Of a DNA stretch of 64,000 bases, positions 1 to 9,880 are shown piece after piece. The notes under the pieces are model-generated. The model searched no databases. It saw nothing but the letters and a program-made list of their open reading frames with translations, and had not been told where the DNA came from. The translations under genes and the position numbers were made by a program. Numbering within the stretch: the first letter of the stretch is position 1; each line of letters opens with the position of its first letter. Source of the DNA: Thermodesulfobacteriota bacterium (GTDB taxonomy: Bacteria; Desulfobacterota; Desulfobulbia; Desulfobulbales; SURF-16); the NCBI GenBank assembly GCA_040755455.1, contig JBFMAY010000010.1:1-64000 (forward strand), given 5' to 3'.

Positions 1-84
1 CAAAACAAACTGGCGTCCTGATACATAGCTCATCCACCCGCAGGGCCAGTGCCTCAGGCATCTGACCGGCTGAGGTGTTTTGCC

Positions 85-124
85 AAATCCCCGTTCCCCT
101 CCTGTGGTGGACGGGGATTTTTTT
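85..124 (+). terminator. Intrinsic terminator-like hairpin for a transcript starting upstream of the window
   Basis: AAATCCCCGTTC...GGACGGGGATTT stem followed by a T-run. Confidence 0.6.
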
Positions 125-363
125 ATGACGCCCCCAGGATACAATCCCCACAGCAAAACGTTGCCAAAAGGAGACACAGGGGATGCATGATAAAAAAAAT
201 CCCCCGCCATTGCGGTCCTGCCGTGACGACCTGCTGTTTTACTCCGGTTCGGGTGGGCTGAATTACGGCAAATGTGGTTCGCCACAGTTGCCAAACAGCG
301 ACAACAGAAACTCCATGGATCATAAAAAAAATTAACCATGCCACCGATGAATCATTAAATTTA

Positions 364-555
364 TTACTTAAGACAGAAAAGCCGCAGCTGAAGCATTATT
401 CCCATGCCCTTTGCACTGGCAGCCCTGAATAGGGGCTGCGCGTAATACATTCCCACCCCATGCCGACTGTGCTCACCACCGAACATGATTGTCCATATGG
501 CGGCCGCAAGGAGAAACAGCGCAAGAAAAATTAAAACAAAATCACCTTTTTTCAT
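364..555 (-). CDS. Small putative membrane protein
   Basis: 63-aa ORF; MKK followed by one hydrophobic helix (FVLIFLALFLLAAAIWTIMF); no family recognised. Confidence 0.4.
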   Translation of the reverse strand: MKKGDFVLIFLALFLLAAAIWTIMFGGEHSRHGVGMYYAQPLFRAASAKGMGIMLQLRLFCLK

Positions 556-1092
556 CGCAAAAAAGTCACGTTGCGGATTTATCGCCTCGCGCTACCCGGC
601 AACAAACCCCGCTTAACCGGCCAGCCTCATCCGGCAGGCGTTGGCAGCCGTTGTTTGGGGCACCTCTTATTCATTTCTATCTCTTTTAACATAAGCACCC
701 TGGCAACCTTCAGGACATCTCAGCTCCACATCTGCCGCAATTGCGTAGCCATTGGATACTCACACGGCTGCACCATGCCGCTCATTTTGACCTTGACAGC
801 AGAAAATTTTACACTAATACATAGGCAGTATCAAATATTTATGGCAAATGGTATGGAAACAACTACAATACGCAGAAAGTGGACAAAATCTGCCGGCAGG
901 GTTTTCGCTCTGCTGGGCCCTTGGCTGGCTGATTTTGAAGTACAGCGGCAAAACAATGGGTAAATCCTAAGCCGTTGCTAAAAAAACTGCAACATCCCTG
1001 GTTCTGTGACCGGCATAAGGGGCCGTAACGAATGGGTGGAAATGTAATGCTAATTTCGTAACGGCCCATAAAAATCCACCAAGGAATACGAT

Positions 1093-1458
1093 ATGAGCAA
1101 CACCATCTTCCCTTCCGCTTCCTCCTCAGCAAAACGCCGAATTTCCTTTACGCACCTCATCCTGGGCCTGGCCTTATTGTGTACGCCTTTCTTCGCAGGG
1201 TGCGCAACCGTTGGCCGCGACTTCCCTTCTTACCAGGTACCCCGGATAAAAATCGGGGAAACAAACCAGGCTGAAATACGCACCATGTTCGGGAATCCCT
1301 GGCGGGTTGGCATAGAAGACGGCACGAAAACCTGGACTTACGGCAGGTACCGTTATGGTCTTTTTGCTGAGACGAGCACCCAGGACCTGGTAGTCCGCTT
1401 TGACGACTACGGCATTGTCACCTCGTACACATACAACACCACCGAACCACCCCGATGA
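1093..1458 (+). CDS. SmpA/OmlA/BamE-family lipoprotein
   Basis: Lipobox FAGC; IKIGET...EIRTMFGNP...WTY...LVVRFD..GIV pattern; AAGGA RBS. Confidence 0.75.
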   Translation: MSNTIFPSASSSAKRRISFTHLILGLALLCTPFFAGCATVGRDFPSYQVPRIKIGETNQAEIRTMFGNPWRVGIEDGTKTWTYGRYRYGLFAETSTQDLVVRFDDYGIVTSYTYNTTEPPR

Positions 1459-1656
1459 GTTTCGAAAAAAATCCCTGGCAGGTTTGTGGATTGAAAAAAG
1501 GGCGGCCGTTATCAGCCTGGCTGCCCCGCCCCCATAAGTCTCGCGCCCATGACATTATGCGAGCCTGATGGATAACTGACAAGTAACCTGAAAGAAATGA
1601 CTGAAAACACTCCATGAAGAATCGCATCATGGGGGCAATATACTGGCGAGGTTGCC

Positions 1657-2163
1657 ATGTCACAGACATATGTACTTTTAGTTGACGATGAACCCGAGTT
1701 TCTTGAAACAGTGGCTGAACGTCTGACCATCAGAGGCTATCAAGTTTTCTGTACTTCAACAGGTGAGGATGCATTAGCTCAGCTGGATAAAGAACCGGAT
1801 ATCGATGTGACTGTTCTCGATTTAAAAATGCCGGGCATGATAGGTCTTGAAATCCTCAAGGAAATAAAAAAGAGACACCCGCTCGTGCAAGTCATTATGT
1901 TGACCGGCTATTCGACGCTCTCAAGCGCCACAGAAGCCATGAAACTGGGAGCATTCGATTACCTGGCAAAGCCTCATGACACAGAACAATTAATTAACCT
2001 CATCAATAAAGCCGCGGCCAGGAAAAAAAAATTTGCCGACCAAATCCTCGAAGCGCGCCAGAGTCCATACATATCCGATGGCACCAGGGAGGAACTCATC
2101 GCGAAAATCACTGAAACGGCAGCAAAAGGAAGTCGCCGCGTGTCTGATAATTCCAGCCTGTAA
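1657..2163 (+). CDS. Response regulator (receiver domain with short C-terminal tail)
   Basis: LLVDDE, VLDLKMPG (phospho-Asp), MLTG, FDYLAKP motifs. Confidence 0.9.
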   Translation: MSQTYVLLVDDEPEFLETVAERLTIRGYQVFCTSTGEDALAQLDKEPDIDVTVLDLKMPGMIGLEILKEIKKRHPLVQVIMLTGYSTLSSATEAMKLGAFDYLAKPHDTEQLINLINKAAARKKKFADQILEARQSPYISDGTREELIAKITETAAKGSRRVSDNSSL

Positions 2164-2368
2164 TCAATGCGGCACTTTCAAGCCAAGGCCCACCGGTTGT
2201 TAAACTCATCATGGCCGCAGGGCTGGATGCGCCATGGCACATTCTGCGCTGAGAAAACCCTTCACTTCGTACTTCAGGCACGCAAGCCGGCAACGGGCCG
2301 CAATCTGAACCAGCAGCACCACTCATTGTAATAACACATCATTACAGAAGTGCCAAAATTATTACCCT

Positions 2369-2398
2369 CTTGCCTTTCAAGTAATCCAACCTCCATAT
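2369..2398 (+). promoter_or_regulatory. Possible sigma32 (RpoH)-type promoter for htpX
   Basis: CTTGCC-N16-CTCCATAT resembles CTTGAA-N13-16-CCCCATNT, upstream of a heat-shock protease. Confidence 0.35.
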
Positions 2399-2584
2399 TT
2401 TCTGCTGGTATCACTGATTTTCATGTGAAGAAGGTAAACTTTTTTGTAGATTAACACTCTTTATTATCAACAGGCTGCTGGCGTTGAGGCCCGGCCTGAA
2501 AAATGGAAGAGAAAGCGGCACATTGCGCAACGATGAAATTACAATGATGAAATACGTCTGGTTGAGATTGCAAGGAGGTTTGTT

Positions 2585-3433
2585 ATGACAAGTATGTTTA
2601 AAACCGGCATCCTGATGGCTGCCCTGACCGGAGTTTTTCTCGTGGCCGGCCAGGCCATGGGCGGCCAAAGCGGCATGACGTTTGCCCTGGTGATGGCCCT
2701 GTCCATGAATTTTTTTGCCTACTGGTTCAGCGACAAGATGGCGCTCGCCATGAGCCGCGCCAGGGAGGTCAGTGCAAATGAAGCACCGGATCTGCATCAT
2801 ATGGTGCAGTTTCTGGCCAGCAGAGCGGAATTACCCAAGCCGCGGGTGTATATCATTAATGACCACACCCCCAACGCCTTTGCCACTGGACGCAATCCGC
2901 AGCATGCGGCTGTTGCGGTGACCAGCGGTTTGATGCAGCTTCTCAGCAGGGATGAACTGGAAGGGGTGCTGGCCCATGAACTGGCCCATATCAAAAACCG
3001 GGATATCCTTATCAGCTCTATTGCCGCGGTGATGGCCGGCGCCATCAGCTACCTGGCCAGCATGGCACAGTGGGCCATGCTTTTCGGCGGCTTCCGCGGG
3101 GATGACGAGGAGGGAGGAGGCAACATGCTCTCCGGTCTGGTAATGATGATCATCGCCCCATTGGCCGCCACCATCATTCAACTGGCAATTTCACGCAGCA
3201 GGGAATTTCAGGCAGATGCCACCGGTGCCGGCATTTGCGGCCGTCCGCATTCCCTGGCCAATGCTCTGGCCAAGCTTGAGCAAGGGAATCGGCGCGAGCC
3301 CATGAACGTGAACCCTGCCACGGCCCAGATGTATATCGTCAATCCCCTTTCCGGCGGCCAGATTGCCGGCCTGTTCGCCACCCACCCGCCGATCAGGGAA
3401 CGCATTGACCGTCTGTTGTCCCGCCGCAATTAA
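2585..3433 (+). CDS. htpX: Zinc metalloprotease HtpX (M48)
   Basis: PNAFATGRNP, HELAH zinc motif, SRSREFQAD, FATHPP; AGGAGG RBS. Confidence 0.95.
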   Translation: MTSMFKTGILMAALTGVFLVAGQAMGGQSGMTFALVMALSMNFFAYWFSDKMALAMSRAREVSANEAPDLHHMVQFLASRAELPKPRVYIINDHTPNAFATGRNPQHAAVAVTSGLMQLLSRDELEGVLAHELAHIKNRDILISSIAAVMAGAISYLASMAQWAMLFGGFRGDDEEGGGNMLSGLVMMIIAPLAATIIQLAISRSREFQADATGAGICGRPHSLANALAKLEQGNRREPMNVNPATAQMYIVNPLSGGQIAGLFATHPPIRERIDRLLSRRN

Positions 3434-3484
3434 TCACAGGGTTCACCGCACAAAAGAGATACAGGGCGGGCATGAAACCCGTCC

Positions 3485-3988
3485 CTACTCGGATTCCTGC
3501 AGCACAATGGCCCTAGAGGTAAAGGAAATGCCCTGCTGCATCTTGGTGCCGATCATCACGGTTTCCACCAGCGGGGCATTGACCACTTCTGCCGCCTGCC
3601 AGCGAACCAGGAATTTTGCTCCCAAGCCGCCTTGTGTATCCGATTCCTTAATGATGTATTGCATTGAGGCAAAGGGTGGGAGTGTCTCCGGCTTGTCCAG
3701 GTATTTCATAACCAGCTTGCCATTGGAATCATAATAATCGACTTGCGTAAAGGTTATTGGGTATTTCTGGTCCGTGTTGCGCAGACTCAGGATGGCAGTG
3801 AGGTAAAATTCACTTCCCTCTGCCTTGTCGCCCCCGTAGATATGTGAATAGACGGGAACATAGAGAAGCTGTCCCCGGCAAAGAATGCCCTCACCGTCGG
3901 CCATGCACAGGCTTGCCGCGGCCAGCATCTGGATGAACAGAAGAAAGGGGAGTAGGATGTGTTGTCGCTTTTTCAGAATTGTCCGCAT
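3485..3988 (-). CDS. DUF3124-like exported protein
   Basis: Signal peptide; YVPVYSHIY...LSLRNTD...DYYDSNG...GGLGAKFLVRW...QGISFTS pattern. Confidence 0.8.
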   Translation of the reverse strand: MRTILKKRQHILLPFLLFIQMLAAASLCMADGEGILCRGQLLYVPVYSHIYGGDKAEGSEFYLTAILSLRNTDQKYPITFTQVDYYDSNGKLVMKYLDKPETLPPFASMQYIIKESDTQGGLGAKFLVRWQAAEVVNAPLVETVMIGTKMQQGISFTSRAIVLQESE

Positions 3989-4124
3989 GGTTTTTCCCCA
4001 TCAGTTAATTATGGTAAATGCCGGAAGAATCGCGAAGATACCTTTACAATTTTTCAGGAAAATCTTATCATTTTATTTTCAAAAAATCATTATACAATCC
4101 CGCTAAACGAAGGAGTCTTTATAA

Positions 4125-4877
4125 ATGTATAATCTCGAAGGTAAGGTTGCCCTAGTAACCGGAAGTTCCCGCGGCATAGGCAGGGCCATTGCCAAGCGCT
4201 TTGCCGAGAACGGCATCAATCTTGTCGTAAACTATGTCCGCCATAAACGGGATGCCGAGGAGACGGCAAAGGATATTGAAAGTACCGGGGTAAAATGCCT
4301 GGTGGTCAAAGCCAATGTGGCAAATGACGAGGACGTACTGGCCATGTTCGAGCGGATAAAAGAGGAGTTCGGCCGTCTCGATATCCTGGTGAGCAATGCC
4401 GCCTCCGGTGTGCTGAAGCCGGTCATGGAGTTAAACACCCGGCACTGGAACTGGGCCATGGATATCAACGCCAGGGCGTTGCTCACCCTTACCCAGCAGG
4501 CCGTCCCCCTGATGCGGCAGGGTGGCAGGATCCTGGCCGTGTCGAGTCTCGGTTCGGTCAGGGCGGTGGAGAATTATACGGCGGTGGGTGCGTCAAAGGC
4601 GGCCCTTGAATCCCTGGTCCGCCATCTGGCGGTGGAGCTTGGGCACCAGAAAATTACGGTGAATACCATCAGTGCCGGCGCGGTGGATACCGAGGCCTTG
4701 AAGAAATTCCCCAACCGGTCGCAGATTCTGGAAACCGCCCTGGAGCGCACTCCCCTTGGCCGCCTGACCACGCCTGAGGATGTTGCCGATCTTGCCTTGT
4801 TTTTGTGCAGTGATTTTGCCAAAATGATTCATGGCCAGACCCTGGTGGTTGACGGCGGCTATGCCATCAGGGCCTGA
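4125..4877 (+). CDS. fabL: Enoyl-ACP reductase FabL (SDR family)
   Basis: TGSSRGIG, NAASGVLKP, YTAVGASK (Y-x6-K) characteristic of FabL. Confidence 0.85.
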   Translation: MYNLEGKVALVTGSSRGIGRAIAKRFAENGINLVVNYVRHKRDAEETAKDIESTGVKCLVVKANVANDEDVLAMFERIKEEFGRLDILVSNAASGVLKPVMELNTRHWNWAMDINARALLTLTQQAVPLMRQGGRILAVSSLGSVRAVENYTAVGASKAALESLVRHLAVELGHQKITVNTISAGAVDTEALKKFPNRSQILETALERTPLGRLTTPEDVADLALFLCSDFAKMIHGQTLVVDGGYAIRA

Positions 4878-4911
4878 GGTGGTCACGGCCGACAGGCAGG
4901 GAGCATCAACT

Positions 4912-5541
4912 ATGGCGCTGCCCTTGGGAAAACAAATGATGCCGGGGGGCTTTCACACCACCTGTCAGCTGATACTGGCTTCGGCTTCACCCCGGCGTCA
5001 GCGTTTTTTGCGGGAGCTTGGTCTTGATTTTGTTGTTCAGCCGGCTGCGGTGGATGAACTGCTCCGCCCTGGGGAGAGGCCCCAGGAGTTTGTCCTGCGG
5101 CTGGCGGAAGAAAAGGCGCTGGCCGTTGCCGGCGGAAATCCCCAGTCATGCGTTCTTGCGGCAGATACCATCGTGGTGCTGGGGGATGAGATTCTCGGTA
5201 AGCCGGCTGATGCCGCGCATGCGGAGGCAATGCTTGCCAAGATGTCCGGCAGCTGGCATGAGGTGTGGACCGCGTACTGCCTGTGCCGCCAAACGGACGA
5301 CTTACTGGTCAAACAGGCGGTTTGCACCAGGGTATTGTTCAGACCCCTCACGGCTGATCTCTGCCGGGCGTATGTCCTCACCGGGGAGCCGCTGGACAAG
5401 GCCGGCAGTTACGGGTTGCAGGGCAGAGGGGGATTTCTGGTGGAAAGAATTGACGGATCATACAGCAATGTGATCGGCTTGCCAGTGGCTGAGGTGATAA
5501 CGGATTTGCTTCGTTTGGGTATGATAGTTCCCAATATTTAA
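4912..5541 (+). CDS. maf: Maf-family nucleotide pyrophosphatase
   Basis: LILASASPRR, ADTIV, ILGKP, DKAGSYGLQG, SYSNVIGLP; start moved to ATG 4912 after GGGAG. Confidence 0.92.
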   Translation: MALPLGKQMMPGGFHTTCQLILASASPRRQRFLRELGLDFVVQPAAVDELLRPGERPQEFVLRLAEEKALAVAGGNPQSCVLAADTIVVLGDEILGKPADAAHAEAMLAKMSGSWHEVWTAYCLCRQTDDLLVKQAVCTRVLFRPLTADLCRAYVLTGEPLDKAGSYGLQGRGGFLVERIDGSYSNVIGLPVAEVITDLLRLGMIVPNI

Positions 5542-5609
5542 CAGCGGAAGCCGGACAGAGACGAATCGGCTGACATCCGCCGGAGCGGAGAAAGGCAGGA
5601 CAGACAGAC

Positions 5610-6293
5610 ATGGATGAAAAAATATTTGATCAGGGTATCCGGCTGGCGCTGGAACTGGGAATTCGTCTGAAAATAGAGCTTGAGGGGGTTGATATTCCAC
5701 TTGAGAGCACCTTCTGCGGTTTTGTGGATAATTACATCATTATCACCCCGCCATCGCCCTATCACCAGGTCCAGCATAAACTTTTCAGCGGCGCGGAGCT
5801 GGTGGTGCGCTATTTCTATCACGGCACCATTTATGCCTTCCAGACCAAACTCTTTTCGCTGATTGACCAGCCGGTGCGGCTTCTTTTTATTTATTACCCG
5901 AAACTTATTCAGAAAAGTGAATTGCGCAGCGAAAAGCGCTCCTTCTGCTATATTCCTGCCGTCCTCCAAGTCGGGGACAATGAAAACAACGGCACCATTG
6001 TCGATATCGCTAAATCAGGCTGCCATTGCCTGGTGCGCGGCAAGAGCAACAAAAGAATCATCCCCTTCAAGATTGGTGACCAGGTCAAATTGAACTGTAA
6101 ATTCCCAGGGGTCAAGCAGACCCTGGAAATTATCGGGGTGGTGAAAAATCTGCGTACCAGCAGATATGAGGCAAATGTCGGCCTGCAGTTTCATGAAAAT
6201 ATCCCGGATGTCACCCAGAAAATCATTGCCTGGTATATTTCCACCATCGAGAAATTTATTCCGGCCCAGGAGGTCAAGCTCGACATTCTCTGA
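5610..6293 (+). CDS. YcgR-like flagellar brake / PilZ-domain c-di-GMP effector
   Basis: N-terminal PilZN-like beta domain; RSEKR (RxxxR) and DIAKSG (DxSxxG variant) motifs. Confidence 0.8.
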   Translation: MDEKIFDQGIRLALELGIRLKIELEGVDIPLESTFCGFVDNYIIITPPSPYHQVQHKLFSGAELVVRYFYHGTIYAFQTKLFSLIDQPVRLLFIYYPKLIQKSELRSEKRSFCYIPAVLQVGDNENNGTIVDIAKSGCHCLVRGKSNKRIIPFKIGDQVKLNCKFPGVKQTLEIIGVVKNLRTSRYEANVGLQFHENIPDVTQKIIAWYISTIEKFIPAQEVKLDIL

Positions 6294-6317
6294 GCAGGGA
6301 TAAGGCTCTGTCCCGGT

Positions 6318-7877
6318 TTATCTGCCCTCGGCAATCCGGGCCGCAATCACCTTTACCTCCACATTGTGCTGGTATTTTGCCGGCAGCCCTGCCGCATCGA
6401 GCGGCACAATGGCGCTCTCTTCCGGCTGCAGCGGTGCGGAAACACGCAGGGGGATCTCTTTAATCAAGCCCTTGTCATCAAGATAACGGGCCTGCAGAAC
6501 AATATTATCAACCGCCACGGTCGTTGGATTGGCAACCCTGATCCTGAGCTGACCGTCCCGTGTTTTTTCCGTGCTGGCGCGGAGGTATCTGCCGGCATTT
6601 TCTGGCAGATCAAGCCGGATAAAAGAGGAAAGCGCCTCCTTGCCTACCTCTGATCCGGAGGAGCCGGCCGCCTGGAAGAAGTTCTTGGCCTCATCTTTCC
6701 GCCCGGCGGCCAGGGAAAAATCCCCCAGTTTCTTGTAGGCCGTGGCTGTGGGGAGAAGAGTAGCACTTCTGGTCAAGTCCGTGCGGGCGCCCTGCGTATC
6801 CCCAAGTTTTTCCCGGGTGAGCCCGCGCTGGGCGTAGAAATGGAAGAAGTTGTCATTGTGCTGTATGGCCTGATCATAACTTCCCAGGGCCTTGTTGTAG
6901 CTTTCCTGCACGAAAAAAACATCTCCCTGCAGGCCATAAAAGAGGGCCTCCTTGGGCTCGATGGCCAGGGCGCTGTCTACCAGACCAAGGGCATTGCTGC
7001 TGTCCCCCTTTTTCAGGGCCAGTACAGCCTCATCGTAGGCCTTGTAGGCCGGAGCGGTTTGCCGCAGGTATCGGGTTTGCTCAGCGTAGCGTTGGGCACC
7101 CAGCTCGCCGCCGGGGGGTAAACTTTGCGCGGTTCTGCGGTTTGCCTCAATCCGTTCCCGGGAAGGCGGATGGCTGGCAAAAAGACCCGCGAGCCAGTTG
7201 GCATCCCGCCCCTCGGCGAGCTTGACAAAGGTCTGTTGCAGATTCACGGCGCTCTGGGGATCGTATCCTGCCCTGGACATGTAGTGCATGCTGTAGAAAT
7301 CAGCCTCGAGTTCGGCTTCCCGGCTGTATTTCTGGGTGATGAGGGAGGCGGCCAGCTGGGCGCCGCCCACCGCCAGAGGGGCATAGTCACTGCCCGCGGT
7401 TGCCAGGTGAGTGGCAAAAAGCGCGCCTTGCATCAGCATGCCCTTTTCCATGCTTTTTGCCCCGTGGCGGGCCGCGGCATGGACAATTTCATGGCTCAGG
7501 ACCGCGGCAAGTTCCGCCTCGTTGTTTAATTCAAGCAGCAGCCCGCGGTTCACGACAATTTTGCCGCCCGGCAGGGCCCAGGCGTTGGGGATGGAGTTGT
7601 TTAACACCTTAAATTCGTAGGGCAGGGAACGATCGCTGACTGCGGCAAGCTTCTGGCCAACGGTGTTGACGTAGGCGGACACTGCCGGGTCGGCCAGATA
7701 GTCGCCCCCCTGCATTTGCCGGCCCGGCTCGTACTGTTTATTGCCGATGGCGATTTCCTGCTCCTGGCCGACAAGCGCCAGTTCCCGCTGCCCGGTAACC
7801 GGGTTGATCGCACAGCCGGCCGGCAGGAACCAGGCCAGGCAGAGAAAAAGAAGTGATAGTTTTGGTGCTGTCTTCAT
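6318..7877 (-). CDS. M48 metalloprotease lipoprotein with TPRs (BepA/YfgC/LoiP-like)
   Basis: Lipobox PAGC, NAWALPGG, HEIVH, YSREAELEAD, SHP, C-terminal TPRs; start chosen at MKTAPKL. Confidence 0.88.
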   Translation of the reverse strand: MKTAPKLSLLFLCLAWFLPAGCAINPVTGQRELALVGQEQEIAIGNKQYEPGRQMQGGDYLADPAVSAYVNTVGQKLAAVSDRSLPYEFKVLNNSIPNAWALPGGKIVVNRGLLLELNNEAELAAVLSHEIVHAAARHGAKSMEKGMLMQGALFATHLATAGSDYAPLAVGGAQLAASLITQKYSREAELEADFYSMHYMSRAGYDPQSAVNLQQTFVKLAEGRDANWLAGLFASHPPSRERIEANRRTAQSLPPGGELGAQRYAEQTRYLRQTAPAYKAYDEAVLALKKGDSSNALGLVDSALAIEPKEALFYGLQGDVFFVQESYNKALGSYDQAIQHNDNFFHFYAQRGLTREKLGDTQGARTDLTRSATLLPTATAYKKLGDFSLAAGRKDEAKNFFQAAGSSGSEVGKEALSSFIRLDLPENAGRYLRASTEKTRDGQLRIRVANPTTVAVDNIVLQARYLDDKGLIKEIPLRVSAPLQPEESAIVPLDAAGLPAKYQHNVEVKVIAARIAEGR

Positions 7878-7968
7878 TGGTTTTTCCCTGGGTAATCGCA
7901 GCCCATGGATTGCCGGGCACCATTCGCTTGCCGGCAGAGACGTCATGGGCGCATATGCGAAAGCCAAT

Positions 7969-7994
7969 AAAAAAGGCCGCTTGGGCAAGCGACC
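7969..7994 (-). terminator. Intrinsic terminator after metV
   Basis: Minus strand GGTCGCTT-GCCC-AAGCGGCC-TTTTTT, about 30 nt after the metV stop. Confidence 0.7.
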
Positions 7995-8026
7995 TCGGGT
8001 TCATGTAAGCGGAGCAGGCAGCTTGG

Positions 8027-8695
8027 TCAGATGGTCAGATCATCCCGCAGGGTTTTGCGGGGACCGCCATGGCCGGCGGTGCTCCAGTCGCGGATCGGAG
8101 CAATGGTGTTCATGGCTGCGGCATTGCCAATTCTGCCGAGACGGTCATGGATTGACTGCCAGATGCATTCCACATCGGGGTGGATCTCGCAGCGTCCGTT
8201 GACCGAGCCGCCGCAGGGACCGTTCATCAGGCTCTTGGCGCAACGGGCCACCGGGCAGAGTCCGCCGGTCAGATGCAGCACACAGTTGCCGCAGCCGGCG
8301 CACTGTTCCATCCACACGCCCTGATCAGCGGAGCCGCCGAAGAAACTGGTGTTCACCGCAGGATAGACCTTGGTGGTGGGGCGGAGATTGGCGATAAAAT
8401 TGACGCCCACCCCGCAGGCCATGGAGACGATGGCATCGTATTGCCCTTGCCACTCATCAATGCCATCGATATATTCCTTGTCGCATTGTCTGACCAAGGT
8501 CCCTTCAACCGTCTCAATTTTCTTGCCCTGTTTCAGCATGCCCAGCCTGATGAGCGAGGCAAGGATTTCCACCTCGCGCTCACCGCCGGCCGAGCAGACC
8601 GTGACGCATCCCCGGCAACCGAGGACCAGAATTTTTTTGGCATCGCTTACCATGCCCACTATTTCATCCACAGGTTTTCGATCGGCGATGATCAT
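8027..8695 (-). CDS. metV: Methylene-THF reductase small Fe-S/Zn subunit MetV
   Basis: GCRGCVTVC, RQCD, ACGVG, CAGCGNC, CPVARCAKSLMNGPCGG, C-x6-CIW. Confidence 0.88.
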   Translation of the reverse strand: MIIADRKPVDEIVGMVSDAKKILVLGCRGCVTVCSAGGEREVEILASLIRLGMLKQGKKIETVEGTLVRQCDKEYIDGIDEWQGQYDAIVSMACGVGVNFIANLRPTTKVYPAVNTSFFGGSADQGVWMEQCAGCGNCVLHLTGGLCPVARCAKSLMNGPCGGSVNGRCEIHPDVECIWQSIHDRLGRIGNAAAMNTIAPIRDWSTAGHGGPRKTLRDDLTI

Positions 8696-9114
8696 TTCGT
8701 TTCCCCCTTAAACGGACACGGTCCCAAAGCGGTGATTCGTTTATTCATAAGCTGGGCGGCTTCGACAAATTCAGGGTGGAAGCCTCTTTCCAAATGAAAC
8801 ATTTCTATTCTTTCCGGTTCCACGGCAAGCTCGGCCAGGGCCTTTTTGATGGCGTCCACCCGTTTCGCCGCCCGCTGGCTGCCTTTGATGTTATGACATT
8901 GGTCCGCCGGACACCCGACCACATAGATGCCGTCGGCGCCCTCTTCAAAGGCCTTGAGCAGGGTGCTCACCTGCAGTTTGCCGGTGCAGACCACGCGGTT
9001 TAATGTGACATTTGCCGGCAGGCCGTCTTCTTTCAGGCCTTCTCTCCCCTCGGCAATGGTCTGCTGGGAAGTGTAATGGCAACAAAATGCTTGGATATCA
9101 GGAGTAAAAGTCAT
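8692..9114 (-). CDS. mvhD: MvhD/FlpD-family [2Fe-2S] protein
   Basis: AFCC, RVVCTGK, GADGIYVVGC-x4-CH, EPERIEM; overlaps the metV start. Confidence 0.8.
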   Translation of the reverse strand: MTFTPDIQAFCCHYTSQQTIAEGREGLKEDGLPANVTLNRVVCTGKLQVSTLLKAFEEGADGIYVVGCPADQCHNIKGSQRAAKRVDAIKKALAELAVEPERIEMFHLERGFHPEFVEAAQLMNKRITALGPCPFKGETK

Positions 9115-9132
9115 GCGTTTCTCCACTCAGCT

Positions 9133-9693
9133 TTAAACGCCGCAGGCGGCGATAAGTTTCTCGTCTTCGGACTCATTGAGCCTGATGGCCAGAGCCGGAC
9201 ATTCCGCGACACAGATCCCGCACCCCCTGCAGGTTCGGACATTGATATCGGCAACTCCCTGCCGGTCAATCTGCGGGATCTCCCACGGACAGACCCGGAC
9301 GCAGGTCAGGCAGGACACGCAGAGATCCCGTTCCACCCAGGCCGCCTTGCCCTTGTCGCGTAGATCTGCTTCGGTGATGATGCCTTCCCGCATGGCCAGG
9401 TCCCGCAAGGCTGACATGATATCGGCAAAACGAACATCCTGCGGGCAGACGAAGACACAACTCCGGCAGCGTGAACAAAACCAGAGCAGCTCTGAATGTA
9501 ACAGCCTGTCCTTTAATCCCATTCTGACCATGTGAATGATTTTCCTCGGATCAAAATCAGGGATTGCCTGACTCACGGGGCATATGCCGCTGCAGGCCCC
9601 ACAGGAAAAACATCGATTCAGATATTCACCACCTGGGATCTCAGTCACCTCGGCGCTGAAGGCCGAATTGATTTCTTTACTGGTGATTCCCAT
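9133..9693 (-). CDS. HdrC-like dicluster protein fused to a second 2x[4Fe-4S] ferredoxin domain
   Basis: CFSCGACSGICP, PRKIIHMVRMG, WFCSRCRSCVFVCPQDV, then CVSCLTCVRVCP and CRGCGICVAECPA. Confidence 0.8.
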   Translation of the reverse strand: MGITSKEINSAFSAEVTEIPGGEYLNRCFSCGACSGICPVSQAIPDFDPRKIIHMVRMGLKDRLLHSELLWFCSRCRSCVFVCPQDVRFADIMSALRDLAMREGIITEADLRDKGKAAWVERDLCVSCLTCVRVCPWEIPQIDRQGVADINVRTCRGCGICVAECPALAIRLNESEDEKLIAACGV

Positions 9694-9770
9694 TGTTTCC
9701 CTCTTGTTAAAGTATAAAAAAGAAAGCATCTCACTGAATGCGTTTTGGACATAAAAGAAGTGCAGATGGG

Positions 9771-9799
9771 ATGCTAACCAAAAGCAGCAGGTTTGTCAA
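9771..9799 (-). promoter_or_regulatory. sigma70 promoter of the hdrC-like/mvhD/metV operon
   Basis: Minus strand TTGACA-N17-TAGCAT. Confidence 0.65.
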
Positions 9800-9880
9800 T
9801 ATGACTTGACCGGCAGGAAAGAAATAACCTGTTGGTATTATAGGTATTTATACAGACAAAAGTCTGCCGGAACACGCAGG

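Noticed and set aside
597..660. CGGCAACAAACCCC (597-610) and its exact non-reversed complement GCCGTTGTTTGGGG (647-660)
   Set aside because: Cannot form an antiparallel hairpin, has low complexity and no known mechanism; likely chance
684..712. TTTAACATAA resembling the XerD arm of a dif site
   Set aside because: No XerC-like arm at 6-bp spacing
2451..2477. TTAACACTC resembling the left arm of CIRCE upstream of htpX
   Set aside because: Right arm GAGTGCTAA is absent at N9
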